Under the pieces are notes generated by a model that saw nothing but the letters and a program-made list of their open reading frames with translations, was not told where the DNA came from and did not search any database. From NCBI GenBank assembly GCA_965261735.1, contig OZ253470.1, positions 1,440,001 to 1,504,000 on the forward strand: a stretch of DNA of 64,000 nucleotides. The letters are read 5' to 3'. The translations under genes were made by a program, and so were the position numbers. Of this stretch, positions 53,429 to 63,335 are shown piece after piece. The stretch is from Alphaproteobacteria bacterium. GTDB lineage: Bacteria; Pseudomonadota; Alphaproteobacteria; SHVV01. Every line of letters starts with the position of its first letter. Within the stretch, counting starts at the first letter, position 1.

Positions 53429-53627
53429 TGTAAAGTTTCCCGACAGTCCTTGCGGCCGCCGCTTTCGCGTCAAAGGTCCAAACAAAGTCAAAGGGTTACG
53501 CCCGAATTTCGCCGGCCCGGCGCGGGCCGGACCGTCAGGATTCTTTACATTCGCCTCTGCGCCGCGCACCGCATGGATCATCAACCTGTTGAAATATTTC
53601 ATAATTTCCCGGCGGACCCAAATTTGC
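53429..53627 (+). promoter_or_regulatory. Putative sigma54 promoter with two inverted 17-bp enhancer boxes and IHF-like sites (PEP-CTERM regulon type)
   Basis: TGTAAAGTTTCCCGACA (53429-53445); inverted TGTAAAGAATCCTGACG (53533-53549); ATCAA-N4-TTG near 53580; GG-N10-GC ending TTTGC at 53614-53627. Confidence 0.65.
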
Positions 53628-53677
53628 GTAACAAGTGGCGACATCAACCCCGGGGATGCGTCGCGACATGAAGAAAC

Positions 53678-54747
53678 CTTGCCTATCCGGTTAACGCCCA
53701 TGACCGCTACATGTAGGGTGCCGCCACTCTCCCGAGTAAAGCTCGGCATAGGTTGGAGCAGAGGTGTCGCCCGCGATGCCGAGCAATGAGCGGAAGGCGT
53801 TGAACGGGTAGAACCGCCTGTTGAAGCGGAAGGTGAACTCGTTGAGGTAGGCTTGTAGGTGCTGGTGGCTAACGCCGTGGTGGATATCGATCAGCCACGT
53901 CTTCAGGTTGGCGAAAACCAGATGGATGATCGGCAGGTATTGCTCGGCAACCTCTGGATCACCACACTCGGCAACAGCGAAGTGCTCATAGCCGCGCTTA
54001 CCGAGGCCAGCATAGCCGCTCCAATCGTCAGTAACGATCAGCGATCGCGGCGCGACGGTGCTCTCGACGAACCCACAGAGCGACTCGGCGCTACGGTCGA
54101 GCACGACGGCGAGCCGAACGCGTCCGGCATAGCGTCCGTCTTTCCGGTTGTCGAGCTTGGTGCCCGGCTTTCGATGACGCACCTCGATGGCACAGGAGAC
54201 GGGAACCTTGTGGTGAACACCACGGCCTTCCCCACGCGTTCGCCCGCCAACCCAGGTTTCGTCCACCTCAACATGGTTCTTGGGCTGTCCACCGATCCTG
54301 TCTTGGTTGGGCCGCACCATGCCCGAGCGGAGCTTGTGGAGAATTTGAAAGGCCGTCTCGTAGCGCGAAAGACCAAGTTGCCGCTGAAACTGCACGGCGG
54401 ACATGCCGGGCGTCTGACTGGCGACCAGATAAGCGGCCCAGAACCAGACGTTCAGCGGAGTGTGGCTACGCTCCATCACTGTTCCCACCGTCAGCCCGGT
54501 GTTCTGGCGGCACTTGCGGCAGCGCAGGACGCCAGGGCGGTTTTCAAAGTGGAACGGCTCTCCCGCCGTGCCGCAGTGCGGGCAGGCAAAGCCGTCTCCC
54601 CAGCGGGCTTTCTCCAGGTAGGCGGCGCAGGCCGCATCATCGGGGAAAAGTCGCTGGAACTCGGGTAGCGAATGCGGGAATGGGAGATCGGCGCGGTCGA
54701 GAACATCCATGGCGCGCTCCCCTATATCCGGGTTGCGCACATTCTAG
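53678..54747 (-). mobile_element. IS1595-family element (ISSod11-like), ends atypical and approximate
   Basis: One end CTTGCCTATCCGG; no inverted copy at the other end; direct repeat TATCCGG-N4-CGCnCAT at 53684 and 54725. Confidence 0.8.
53691..54710 (-). CDS. IS1595-family transposase
   Basis: CPHC..C..C zinc ribbon, VEVDETW, VTDD, H-x6-K, LQAYLNEF.FRFNRR. Confidence 0.93.
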   Translation of the reverse strand: MDVLDRADLPFPHSLPEFQRLFPDDAACAAYLEKARWGDGFACPHCGTAGEPFHFENRPGVLRCRKCRQNTGLTVGTVMERSHTPLNVWFWAAYLVASQTPGMSAVQFQRQLGLSRYETAFQILHKLRSGMVRPNQDRIGGQPKNHVEVDETWVGGRTRGEGRGVHHKVPVSCAIEVRHRKPGTKLDNRKDGRYAGRVRLAVVLDRSAESLCGFVESTVAPRSLIVTDDWSGYAGLGKRGYEHFAVAECGDPEVAEQYLPIIHLVFANLKTWLIDIHHGVSHQHLQAYLNEFTFRFNRRFYPFNAFRSLLGIAGDTSAPTYAELYSGEWRHPTCSGHGR

Positions 54748-54765
54748 GTCTTGCTCGGCCTGGGA

Positions 54766-55848
54766 CTAGTGGATTGATTCCAACGTTTGGAACCCTCTGT
54801 TTCGTGCGGCGATGATATGATCGGGGTCGGCTTTCCAGATGAAGGGTTTTGGGTTTGCGTCATTGTATTCGCGGACAAATCGGTTGATGGCGGCCTGAAG
54901 GTCGACGACGGATTGGAAGACGCCGTATTTGAGCCTGCGCCGCGTTAGTTTGGCGAAGAAGCCCTCGACGGCATTGAGCCACGAGCACGAGGTTGGCGTG
55001 AAGTGGAAGGTCCAGCGTGGATGGCGGGCGAGCCAGGCGCGGACCTTGTCCTTCTTGTGCGCGGCGTAGTTGTCGAGGATGACGTGGACGGCCTTGTCCG
55101 TCGGCACCTCGCGCTCGATGCGGTTGAGGAAGCGGATGAACTCCTGATGGCGGTGGCGCTGCATGTTCTGTGCGATGACCGTACCGTCCAGCACGTTGAG
55201 CGCGGCGAACAGCGTCGTCGTGCCATGCCGTTTGTAATCATAGGTCATCGTACCGGCGCGGCCCTTCTTCATCGGCAAGCCGGGTTGGGTGCGGTCGAGC
55301 GCCTGGATCTGTGATTTCTCATCAACCGACAGCACCACGGCATGGGCCGGCGGATCGACATACAAGCCGACGATATCTGTGAGCTTCTCGGCGAAGGCGG
55401 GATCATTGGAGAGCTTGAAGTGCCGCCAGCGGTGCGGGCTGAGGCCATGGGCCTTCCAGATCGCTTGGACCGTCGACGCCGCGACGCCAGCAACCTTCGC
55501 CATCGCGCGCAGCGTCCAGTGGGTCGCCTCGTGCGGCGGCGCTTGCTGGGTCAGGCGGACGATCTCGGCGACGCGCTCCGGCGGGATCGGCGCTTTGCTA
55601 GGCGGACGGGACCTGTCGCGAAGCAAGCCGTTGACACCCTCGTGCATGAACCGCTCCTGCCAGCGCCAGACACAGGTCTTGGACTTGCCGGTCTCGGCCA
55701 TGATCGACGAGTTCCCGAGCCCCTCGTCGCTCTTCAGGATGATCCGCGCCCGCCAGACATGTTTCTGCGAGCTCTTCGGGTCCGCGACGATAGCTTGCAA
55801 TCGCTGACGGTCGCCAGACGTGACAGTAAAATGGATGCCGGTGCGCAT
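54766..55848 (-). CDS. IS630-family transposase
   Basis: HTH, VDEKSQIQAL, YKRHGT, LDNYAAHK, SWLNAVE; the stop codon uses the TA target. Confidence 0.95.
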   Translation of the reverse strand: MRTGIHFTVTSGDRQRLQAIVADPKSSQKHVWRARIILKSDEGLGNSSIMAETGKSKTCVWRWQERFMHEGVNGLLRDRSRPPSKAPIPPERVAEIVRLTQQAPPHEATHWTLRAMAKVAGVAASTVQAIWKAHGLSPHRWRHFKLSNDPAFAEKLTDIVGLYVDPPAHAVVLSVDEKSQIQALDRTQPGLPMKKGRAGTMTYDYKRHGTTTLFAALNVLDGTVIAQNMQRHRHQEFIRFLNRIEREVPTDKAVHVILDNYAAHKKDKVRAWLARHPRWTFHFTPTSCSWLNAVEGFFAKLTRRRLKYGVFQSVVDLQAAINRFVREYNDANPKPFIWKADPDHIIAARNRGFQTLESIH

Positions 55849-55917
55849 AGCACAGACTCGCATGACACCGCACAATACGGAATCTCAAATCGGACTCTTT
55901 CGTTCCGATCAATCCAC
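54769..55917 (-). mobile_element. IS630-family insertion sequence
   Basis: TIR GTGGATTGAT-N3-AACG at both ends; TA duplicated within CTAG at 54767-54768 and 55918-55919. Confidence 0.95.
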
Positions 55918-56972
55918 TAGCCAGCATCGGGTATCTTGCCCCTATGGCTCACGCGCTGCCGCTTATTGTGCAGACGCAGCAAAGGTACGTCGTCGCTGAT
56001 GACCCGGCTGTACACGAGGTGCCGCGCGGCAGCGCCTTTGATGCGGTCGGCGATCTGATCATTTCCCAGCCCAACGGGCGGTTCCGCTGCAGCAGCTCGT
56101 TGCTGGCGGGCGGTACCCACGCCCTGACCGCGGCGCACTGCGTCACCGGCCAGTCGCGCAAGGTCAACCGCAAAACCAGCGCATCGCTCACATTCGCACT
56201 GCCGGGCGGCGACCTATCGGTCGGCGTCAGCTCGATCAAGGTTCACTCCGGCTGGACCGGCGACATCCTCAACGGCAACGACCTCGCCGTCCTCAAGCTG
56301 GATTCACCGGTGAGCGCGGTCGCCGGCTACGACATCTTCCGCGGCACCGACGAGCTGGGCGGCGTGTCGGAAAAAGTGGGCTACGGGCGCAGCGGCAGCG
56401 GGCTCACCGGCGACGTGTTAGCGTCGGGCACCAAGCGCACCGGCTTCAACACCTACGACGCCACGGGCACGATCTGGGGATTTTCCGATTCCCAGCTACA
56501 CTACGATTTCGATGACGGCACCGCCGGCCATGACGGGTTCGGCTTCTACTTCGACCTCGCCCACCTCGGCCTCGGCGACGACGAAGTAATGTCGGCGCCG
56601 GGCGACTCCGGCGGCCCGACCTTCATCGACGGTCTGATCGCCGGCATCACCTCCTACGGCTACCGCCTCGCCGGCACCGATATCGACGGCGTGCTCAACA
56701 GTACCTTCGGCGAATTCGGCGCCGACACCCGCGTCTCCTCCTTCGCCTCGTGGATCGATGGCATTGTCAGCGAGACCGGTAAGCCGCCCAAAGGCGGCGG
56801 AAAGCCCCCAAAGGGCAAAGGGCCAAAGTCGACAGCCTTGGCCCAGATTGCCTTTGACGACCCAGTCCAGGCCCCCGAGCCCGCCACACTTGTCCTGTTT
56901 GGCGTCGGCCTCGGCGGACTCGGCCTGCTCCTGCGTCGCCGCCGGCTCGGCTGAGCCGACCCGCGCGGGTTC

Positions 56973-57479
56973 TCAAGGCCGCGCGGGCGCCCCATTCCCC
57001 GTCGCGGCAAAATACTCGCCGGCCAGCATCGACATGACGGCGGCCGAGCGAAACGCGCCGCCGCGAATCGCCACGTCGCGCAAAATCCCCTCCTCGGTAA
57101 AGCCGAGCCCTCGGTACACGTGGCGGGCGCGCGCGTTGTCGGCGAACACCGTGAGCCAGAAGCGGTGCGCGCCCTCGTCCTCGAACACCGCCCTTAACAG
57201 CCCGCGCATGGCGCGCTTGCCGTGGCCGCGGCCGGGCTCCGCCATCACGATGCGCTTGAGCTCGACGCCCCTGTGGGGCGAGGATAATCCGCGCAGCATG
57301 GCGTAGCCTCGGCGCGCCCCGCCGTCGTCCTCGAAGATGAGATAGCGGTAGTCGGGGTCGGCCAGATAGCGCGCGTGCTCGTCGCGGGTCGAGGGGACGA
57401 TGAAGTCCTGGAACTCCTCGCGCGCCTCCTGGTCGAGAATGAAATCGACATCACGGGTCGCGCCCGGGCGAAGTGTCAT
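56973..57479 (-). CDS. GNAT N-acetyltransferase
   Basis: PGRGHG motif A, N.RA..VY..LGF..EG.LR. Confidence 0.88.
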   Translation of the reverse strand: MTLRPGATRDVDFILDQEAREEFQDFIVPSTRDEHARYLADPDYRYLIFEDDGGARRGYAMLRGLSSPHRGVELKRIVMAEPGRGHGKRAMRGLLRAVFEDEGAHRFWLTVFADNARARHVYRGLGFTEEGILRDVAIRGGAFRSAAVMSMLAGEYFAATGNGAPARP

Positions 57480-57531
57480 GCGGCACCGAGGCGCTACGGC
57501 CGAGCGTGCAGCGCGAGACAAGGGCGCCGCA

Positions 57532-58257
57532 TCAGTAGTAGATGTACGTCATCCACTGGCGATAGAGCAGCTCGCTGGTGTGAGCGACGGCGAAGCGAAC
57601 GCCGTTTTGCTCCTCGACCGTGGTCGCGTATCGCGCGAAAGCAGTCGGTCCCATCGAGCCGTGCTCCTCCTCCACGTCCGAGGCGTGGACCGCGATGGAC
57701 AGGACCTCCGCCTCGCTCAACCCGTACTTCTGGCGCAGCGACTTTTCGATGCGCGAAAAGCACCTCGGGTTGATGCGCTCGGCGGAAAACGAGGTCGCGG
57801 CGACTGCCTCGACGAAGGGGCGCTGCGTCATCACGAGCTCGAACCAATGGGCGAGCGCCCAGGTTTCTTGCTTGACCTCCTCGGTGGCGCGGCGCTCGGG
57901 GGTCCAGCCGAGCGCGCTGAACGTGGACTCGAAAAGCCCGATGTGACCCTGCGTACCGGAGTACGTGCCGTGCTCCTCTTCCAGCATGTTGTCGAGCACC
58001 ATGCGGCGCAGGTCCTCGTCGGCGGCGCGCGCGTACATGGCGCCGAACAGATAGTTGGTCGGATTGGCCCACGAGGTGATCTGAAAAATCCAGCCGGCAA
58101 TCTGCTCGCGCGTGAGCTCGCCCTTCTCGATCCCGACAATCAGCGGATGCTCGAGCCGATTGCGGCCCGGCGATCCGAGAATGACTTCAAGCTCGGCGAT
58201 CAGGTCGGGCGTGCTCAGGGGGGCCTCGCCTTCCGCCGCCAGCACCGGTGCCGCCAT
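57532..58257 (-). CDS. Heme-oxygenase-like diiron / TenA-PqqC-CADD fold redox protein
   Basis: HPL, NMLEEEHG-x5-GH, E, VH...EEEH metal-ligand pattern. Confidence 0.78.
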   Translation of the reverse strand: MAAPVLAAEGEAPLSTPDLIAELEVILGSPGRNRLEHPLIVGIEKGELTREQIAGWIFQITSWANPTNYLFGAMYARAADEDLRRMVLDNMLEEEHGTYSGTQGHIGLFESTFSALGWTPERRATEEVKQETWALAHWFELVMTQRPFVEAVAATSFSAERINPRCFSRIEKSLRQKYGLSEAEVLSIAVHASDVEEEHGSMGPTAFARYATTVEEQNGVRFAVAHTSELLYRQWMTYIYY

Positions 58258-58433
58258 GGCCGTCTCCTCCGCCAAGGGATCGTGCCGCCGCCCCGCGCGG
58301 CGGTGCCCAACGCTCGTGCGATTGTCTCGCGCCCGCCAGAACCCGTCAACGCCGCGCTCTCGCGGGCGCCGTAGGCGGGCGGTCGATGGCTGCGCTAAGA
58401 TGAGCGGGCCGTTGGAGATACGGGGGATAGAGG

Positions 58434-59425
58434 ATGCGGACACTCCTGGTCGTCGTTGCCGCCGTGGTCGCCGCGCTGATCGTTGCCGCTGGCGGCTTTG
58501 CGCTCGTCGTCACATTCGCCTTCCCACGCGTCGCGCCGGCCTCCGACGTCGCCATCGAGCGCACGCCGGAGCGCCTCGCGCGCGGACGCTACCTGGCCGA
58601 GAACGTCATGGGCTGCATCGGCTGCCATTCACCGCGAATGGAGGACCGCTATTCCTTCCCGCGCGGGAGGGCACCGAGGGCGCCGGCGGCTTTGTTTTTA
58701 GCCGCAGCATGGGCCTGCCCGGAAACATCGTGACCAAGAACATCACACCCCATGCCCTCGGTGATTGGAGCGACGGGGAAGTCGTGCAGGCCATAGCCGT
58801 CGGGGTATCGAGGGACGGCGAGCCGCTGTTCCCGATCATGCCCTACCCGGGCTATAGAACGCTCGACCAGCGGGACGTCTATGCCGTCGTCGCCTACCTC
58901 AGGACGCTGGCGCCGGTTGCCAACGACGTGGCGCCCCGGGATCTCGACTTCCCGGTCGGCCTGATGATCCGCTTTGTGCCCGCGGACGCCGCGTTCTCGA
59001 CCCGGCCAGAGCCGTCCGATGGCGTGGCCTACGGCCGCTACATGGCGACGGCAGGCGGCTGCCGCGAGTGCCACACCCGCATCGATTCGCGGGGCAAGGA
59101 GATCGGCGAGCCGTTCGCCGGCGGCAGCGAGTTTCCCGACCCGCGCGGGGGAGGAGTTGCCCGGTCGGCCAACATCACGCCGGACGAGGGTACCGGCATC
59201 GGCGGCTGGAGCCGCGATGAATTCATCGAACGCTTCAAGGCCAACACCAAGGCCGACTACCGGCAGATGATGGTGGCGCGGGGCGAGCCCAACACGCCGA
59301 TGCCGTGGTGGGAGTACGCGGGCATGACCCGCGAGGACTTGGGCGCGATCTACGATTATCTGCGGACGGTAGCGCCGGTGCGCGGCGAAGTCGTTACCTT
59401 CGAGGCCAAGCCGGCGGCGAATTGA
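58434..59425 (+). pseudogene. Membrane-anchored diheme cytochrome c, frameshift near 58660
   Basis: TM anchor, RGRYL..CIGCH in one frame; NITP, MP, GRYM..CRECH, NITPD in the next frame. Confidence 0.8.
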
Positions 59426-59465
59426 CGCAAACCGTGCGGCGAGTTGCTGGGGGACCCGGCGCCAT

Positions 59466-61538
59466 ATGACCCATCGCATCGGCATCGACGTCGGCGGCAC
59501 CTTCACCGATTTCCTCGTCATCGATGACGACGGCAGCAATTGGATTGGCAAATCGCCGACCACGCCGGCGAGCCCTTCCGAGGGTGTCTTTGCGGGCCTC
59601 GAGACGCTGGCGGGCGAGCGCGGCCGTACGCTGGCCCAGTTCCTCGCCGACACCCGGACCATCGTCCACGGCACCACCATCGCCACCAATGCCGTGCTAA
59701 CCGGCCGCGGCGCCAGAGTCGGGTTCGTCACCACCGAGGGCTTCCGCGACCTTCTCAATATGCGCCGTGGCCTCAGCGAGAGCCGCTACGACTGGAAGCG
59801 CAGCCCGCCACCGCCGCTGGTGCGGCGCCACCTCATCGCCCCGGTGCGCGAGCGCATCGACGTGGGCGGCGAGGTCGTCGTGGGCCTGAACGAGGACGAC
59901 GTGCGCGCGGCGGCGCGGCTGTTCCGCGACGAGGGAATCGAATCGGTCGCGGTTTCCTTCCTCTGGTCCTTCCTCAACCCGAGCCACGAGCAGCGTGCCG
60001 CCGAGATCCTGAGGGTCGAGCTCGGGGAGGTGTACCTATCGCTGTCGAGCGAAGTGCTGCCGCAGATCCGCGCCTACGAGCGCCACAGCACAACAGCGCT
60101 GAACGCACTGGTCGGCCCCACGCTGGCGCGCTATCTCGAGGCGTTACAGGGCGGCCTCACCGAGCGCGGCTTCGCCGGCACGCTGTTCATCATGCAGTCG
60201 AACGGCGGTGTCATGGCGCCCGAGGTGGCCACTCGCTTCGCCGTGAACACGCTGCTGTCGGGCCCCGCCGCGGGTCCGGTCGCAGGCATTCACTACGCCG
60301 GCGCGCACGGCTTCGACGACATCATCACGATCGACATGGGCGGAACAAGCTTCGATGTCGCGCTGGTGCGCGGCCGGGCGCCGAACACGACCACGGAGGC
60401 ACAGCTCGGCGGATACCACGTCGGCGTCCCCATGCTCGACATCCATACGGTGGGGGCCGGCGGCGGGTCCGTGGCCCGAGTTGACGCGGGCGGTATCCTG
60501 CATGTCGGGCCCGACAGCGCCGGCGCCGACCCCGGCCCGGCGTGCTACGGCCGGGGCGGCACGCAACCGACGGTGACCGACGCCGACCTCGTGCTCGGCT
60601 ATCTCGGACCGGACACCTTCGCCGGCGGCCAGCTCACTCTTGACGTCACCGCGGCCGAGCGCGCCATCCGTGAAGCGGTCGCCAACCCCCTCGGTATCGA
60701 CTTGATCGACGCGGCGCACGGCGTCTACCGTATCGCCAATACGGTGATGGCCGAGGCGGTGAAGGTGATGTCGGTGCAGCGCGGCGACGATCCGCGGAAC
60801 TTCGCCCTCATCGTGGCGGGCGGTGCGGGCCCGATTCACGCGGGCCCGATCGCCGGCGAGCTCGGTATCGAAACCCTCCTCATCCCGCGCGAGTCCTCCG
60901 TCTTCTGCGCCGCCGGCATGCTGTTATCCGATCTCAAGCATGCGTTCGTGCGCACCCATGCCGTCGAGCTGAGCGAGATCGACGCCGCGCGAGCGGGACA
61001 AATCCTCGATGAGATGCGGGCCGAGGCGCACGCGACCTTCGAGCGCGAGGGCGTCGCGCCCCATTCGGTGGCGCTGCGCTTCTCGGCCGAGCTGCGCTAT
61101 GTCGGGCAGTTCAACGAGGTCGAGGTCGAGGCCTTCGACGGCGGGATCGTCAACGCGGCGGCCATCGCCGATATGACCGCTGCGTTTCACCTGCGACATG
61201 ACACGCTTTTTGGCTACGCCATGGCGGACGCCGACGTCGAGCTCATCAACATCAGGCTCACCGCCTCGAGCGAAACGGCCAAGCCGTCCCTGCGCGCGCT
61301 GGCCGCGTCCGACGAAGATCCCGCGCACGCGTGCCGCACCCGCCGCGCCGCCTACTTCGAGGGCGGCTTCCGTGAGGTCGACGTCTTCGATGGATTGAAG
61401 CTCGCCGCCGGCAATCGCGTGCCGGGCCCGGCGATCGTCGAGCAGCCGACCACGACGATCGTCATCCCGCCCGCCTATGACATGATCTGCAACCGCTTCG
61501 GCAACTACATGATGAACGCCACGAGGCCCACGCCATGA
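59466..61538 (+). CDS. Hydantoinase A / 5-oxoprolinase family subunit
   Basis: DVGGTFTD, HGTT.ATN, SGPAAG, DMGGTS, SAGADPGP. Confidence 0.93.
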   Translation: MTHRIGIDVGGTFTDFLVIDDDGSNWIGKSPTTPASPSEGVFAGLETLAGERGRTLAQFLADTRTIVHGTTIATNAVLTGRGARVGFVTTEGFRDLLNMRRGLSESRYDWKRSPPPPLVRRHLIAPVRERIDVGGEVVVGLNEDDVRAAARLFRDEGIESVAVSFLWSFLNPSHEQRAAEILRVELGEVYLSLSSEVLPQIRAYERHSTTALNALVGPTLARYLEALQGGLTERGFAGTLFIMQSNGGVMAPEVATRFAVNTLLSGPAAGPVAGIHYAGAHGFDDIITIDMGGTSFDVALVRGRAPNTTTEAQLGGYHVGVPMLDIHTVGAGGGSVARVDAGGILHVGPDSAGADPGPACYGRGGTQPTVTDADLVLGYLGPDTFAGGQLTLDVTAAERAIREAVANPLGIDLIDAAHGVYRIANTVMAEAVKVMSVQRGDDPRNFALIVAGGAGPIHAGPIAGELGIETLLIPRESSVFCAAGMLLSDLKHAFVRTHAVELSEIDAARAGQILDEMRAEAHATFEREGVAPHSVALRFSAELRYVGQFNEVEVEAFDGGIVNAAAIADMTAAFHLRHDTLFGYAMADADVELINIRLTASSETAKPSLRALAASDEDPAHACRTRRAAYFEGGFREVDVFDGLKLAAGNRVPGPAIVEQPTTTIVIPPAYDMICNRFGNYMMNATRPTP

Positions 61539-63316
61539 TGCGCGACGACCCGCTCGCCAACACCAACGACGAGAGAATCAATCCGGTACTGGTCGCCGTT
61601 ATCGGCAACCGGTTCGATGCCGTCACGCGCGAGATGGGCGAGACCATGCTGCGCACGTCGCGCTCGCCGGTGTTCGCCGAGGCGCGCGATTTCGTCACCT
61701 CGTTGTTCGACGGCGACTGCGGCCTAATCGCCCAGACGCTCTACAACCCGGCTCTCTACGGCTCGACCCCGTTCGGGCAGCGGGCGATCGCCGACGCGTT
61801 CGTGGGCGACATCAACGAGGGCGACGTATTCATCCTCAACGATCCCTTTCGCGGCAACAACCACCCGCCCGACGTGAACATCTGCAAGCCCGTGTTCTGG
61901 AACGGCGGGCTCAAGTTCTGGGTCATGGCCAAGGGCCATCAGGCCGACATCGGCGGCGGCGGGGTCACGGGCTACAACCCGCTCGCCCGCGACGTGTGGG
62001 AGGAGGGCCTGCGCATCCCGCCGGCCAAGCTCGTCGACCGCGGCCGGCTGCGCCACGATTTGTGGGAGATGATCCTCATGAACGTGCGCCTCCGCTTCCT
62101 CGTCGAGGGCGACCTCTCCTGCCAGATGGGGGCGGCGACGCTCGGCGAGCGCGGCGTGCTCGCGCTCCTCGAGGAGTTCGGCGCGCCCGTGCTGGATGCC
62201 GCCGTCGCGGCGCTCAATACCGCGAGCGAACGGCAGATGCGGGCCGACATCGCAAACATTCCCGATGGCATCTACGAGGCCGAGCGCGAGATCGACCACA
62301 ACGGCTTCGCCCGCAACCGCATGCTGAAGGTCAAGGTCGCTATCACCGTCACGGGGGAGGACATCGCCTTCGACCTCGCCGGCAGCGACGACCAGGCGCT
62401 CGGCTTCATGAATAGCTCCTACGCCAACACCGTCGCCTCGGTCCACCAGGCCCTGTGCACCGCCATCAACTCGGGCGTGCGCTACAACGACGGCGCGGTG
62501 CGACCGATCGCGGTGAGCGCCCCCGCCGGCAGCATCGTCAACGCCAAAGAGCCCGCGGCGACCACGGGATGCACCGTGCCGACGCTGGAAGCGATCCAGG
62601 ATGCCGTGTGGCTCGCGCTGGCGGACGCGATCCCCGATCTCGTGCCGGCCGGCTGGGCGCGCTGGTACGCGCCGGCGACCGGTGGGCTCAACCCGCGCAC
62701 CGGGCGCCATTTCGCCGAGATCCACTTCATGGCCAAGGGCGGCGGCGGCGCCACGCGCGGCTATGACGGCTGGGACCATATCGCCCCGCCCGTCGCGCTC
62801 GGCGGCCTGCGTGCGCCCGATCCCGAGCTCCACGAGCTCGTCGATCCCTATCTCGTGCTCGAATGCCAGTACCTGCCGGACAGCGCCGGCGCCGGTGAAT
62901 GGCGCGGCGGTCTCGGCGTGCGCTATCGCTGGCGGGTGCTGGCCGACGACATCCGCCTCGCGAGCTTCGGCAGCGGCCTGCGCGATTCCACGGCGCCCTT
63001 CGGGCTCGCCGGCGGCCTGGGCGCGGCCCCCAACAGCGCCATCATCCATCGCGCCGACGGCACCAGCGAGGTGCTCGACACCAACGCCATGGGCACGCTC
63101 GGCGCCGGCGACGAGGTCGAGATCATCGCCACCGGCGGCGGCGGCTTCGGCGATCCGCGCCGCAGGCCGGTGGACAAGGTGCTGGCCGACGTGCGCGACG
63201 GCGTCGTGTCGGAGAAGCGTGCGCGCGAGGACTACGGCGTCATCATCGATCCCGAGAGCGGCGAGGTCGACGAGGCCGCCACGCGGGCGTCGCGGGCGTC
63301 GCGGGCGTCGACGTAG
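61535..63316 (+). CDS. Hydantoinase B / 5-oxoprolinase family subunit
   Basis: E.RDF, NDPF..NHPPD, HQADIGG, EEG, GAGEWRGG, GGGGFGDP. Confidence 0.93.
   Translation: MMRDDPLANTNDERINPVLVAVIGNRFDAVTREMGETMLRTSRSPVFAEARDFVTSLFDGDCGLIAQTLYNPALYGSTPFGQRAIADAFVGDINEGDVFILNDPFRGNNHPPDVNICKPVFWNGGLKFWVMAKGHQADIGGGGVTGYNPLARDVWEEGLRIPPAKLVDRGRLRHDLWEMILMNVRLRFLVEGDLSCQMGAATLGERGVLALLEEFGAPVLDAAVAALNTASERQMRADIANIPDGIYEAEREIDHNGFARNRMLKVKVAITVTGEDIAFDLAGSDDQALGFMNSSYANTVASVHQALCTAINSGVRYNDGAVRPIAVSAPAGSIVNAKEPAATTGCTVPTLEAIQDAVWLALADAIPDLVPAGWARWYAPATGGLNPRTGRHFAEIHFMAKGGGGATRGYDGWDHIAPPVALGGLRAPDPELHELVDPYLVLECQYLPDSAGAGEWRGGLGVRYRWRVLADDIRLASFGSGLRDSTAPFGLAGGLGAAPNSAIIHRADGTSEVLDTNAMGTLGAGDEVEIIATGGGGFGDPRRRPVDKVLADVRDGVVSEKRAREDYGVIIDPESGEVDEAATRASRASRAST
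63282..63309 (+). repeat. 9-bp tandem repeat, three copies (RAS-RAS-RAS) at the end of hydantoinase B
   Basis: cgcgggcgt cgcgggcgt cgcgggcgt. Confidence 0.6.
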
Positions 63317-63335
63317 CGTTCCATGGGGCCGTCCG

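Larger units (their letters stand above)
53668..56954 (+). pseudogene. PEP-CTERM trypsin-like serine protease with signal peptide split by two IS insertions (mature-domain ORF 55944..56954 intact)
   Basis: TAAHC, DLAVL, GDSGGP triad; APEPATLVLFGVGLGGLGLLLRRRR sorting tail; signal reassembles as MKK(x)|VLLGLG|LASIGYLAPMAHA. Confidence 0.8.

Noticed and set aside
56776-56830. GKPPKGGGKPPKGKGPK repeat in the protease
   Set aside because: Short low-complexity linker before the PEP-CTERM tail, not an independent element
53678-56990. PEP-CTERM protease as cargo of a larger composite transposon
   Set aside because: No matching IS end downstream of the protease; its promoter and start codon lie on the far side of both IS elements, so it is the target
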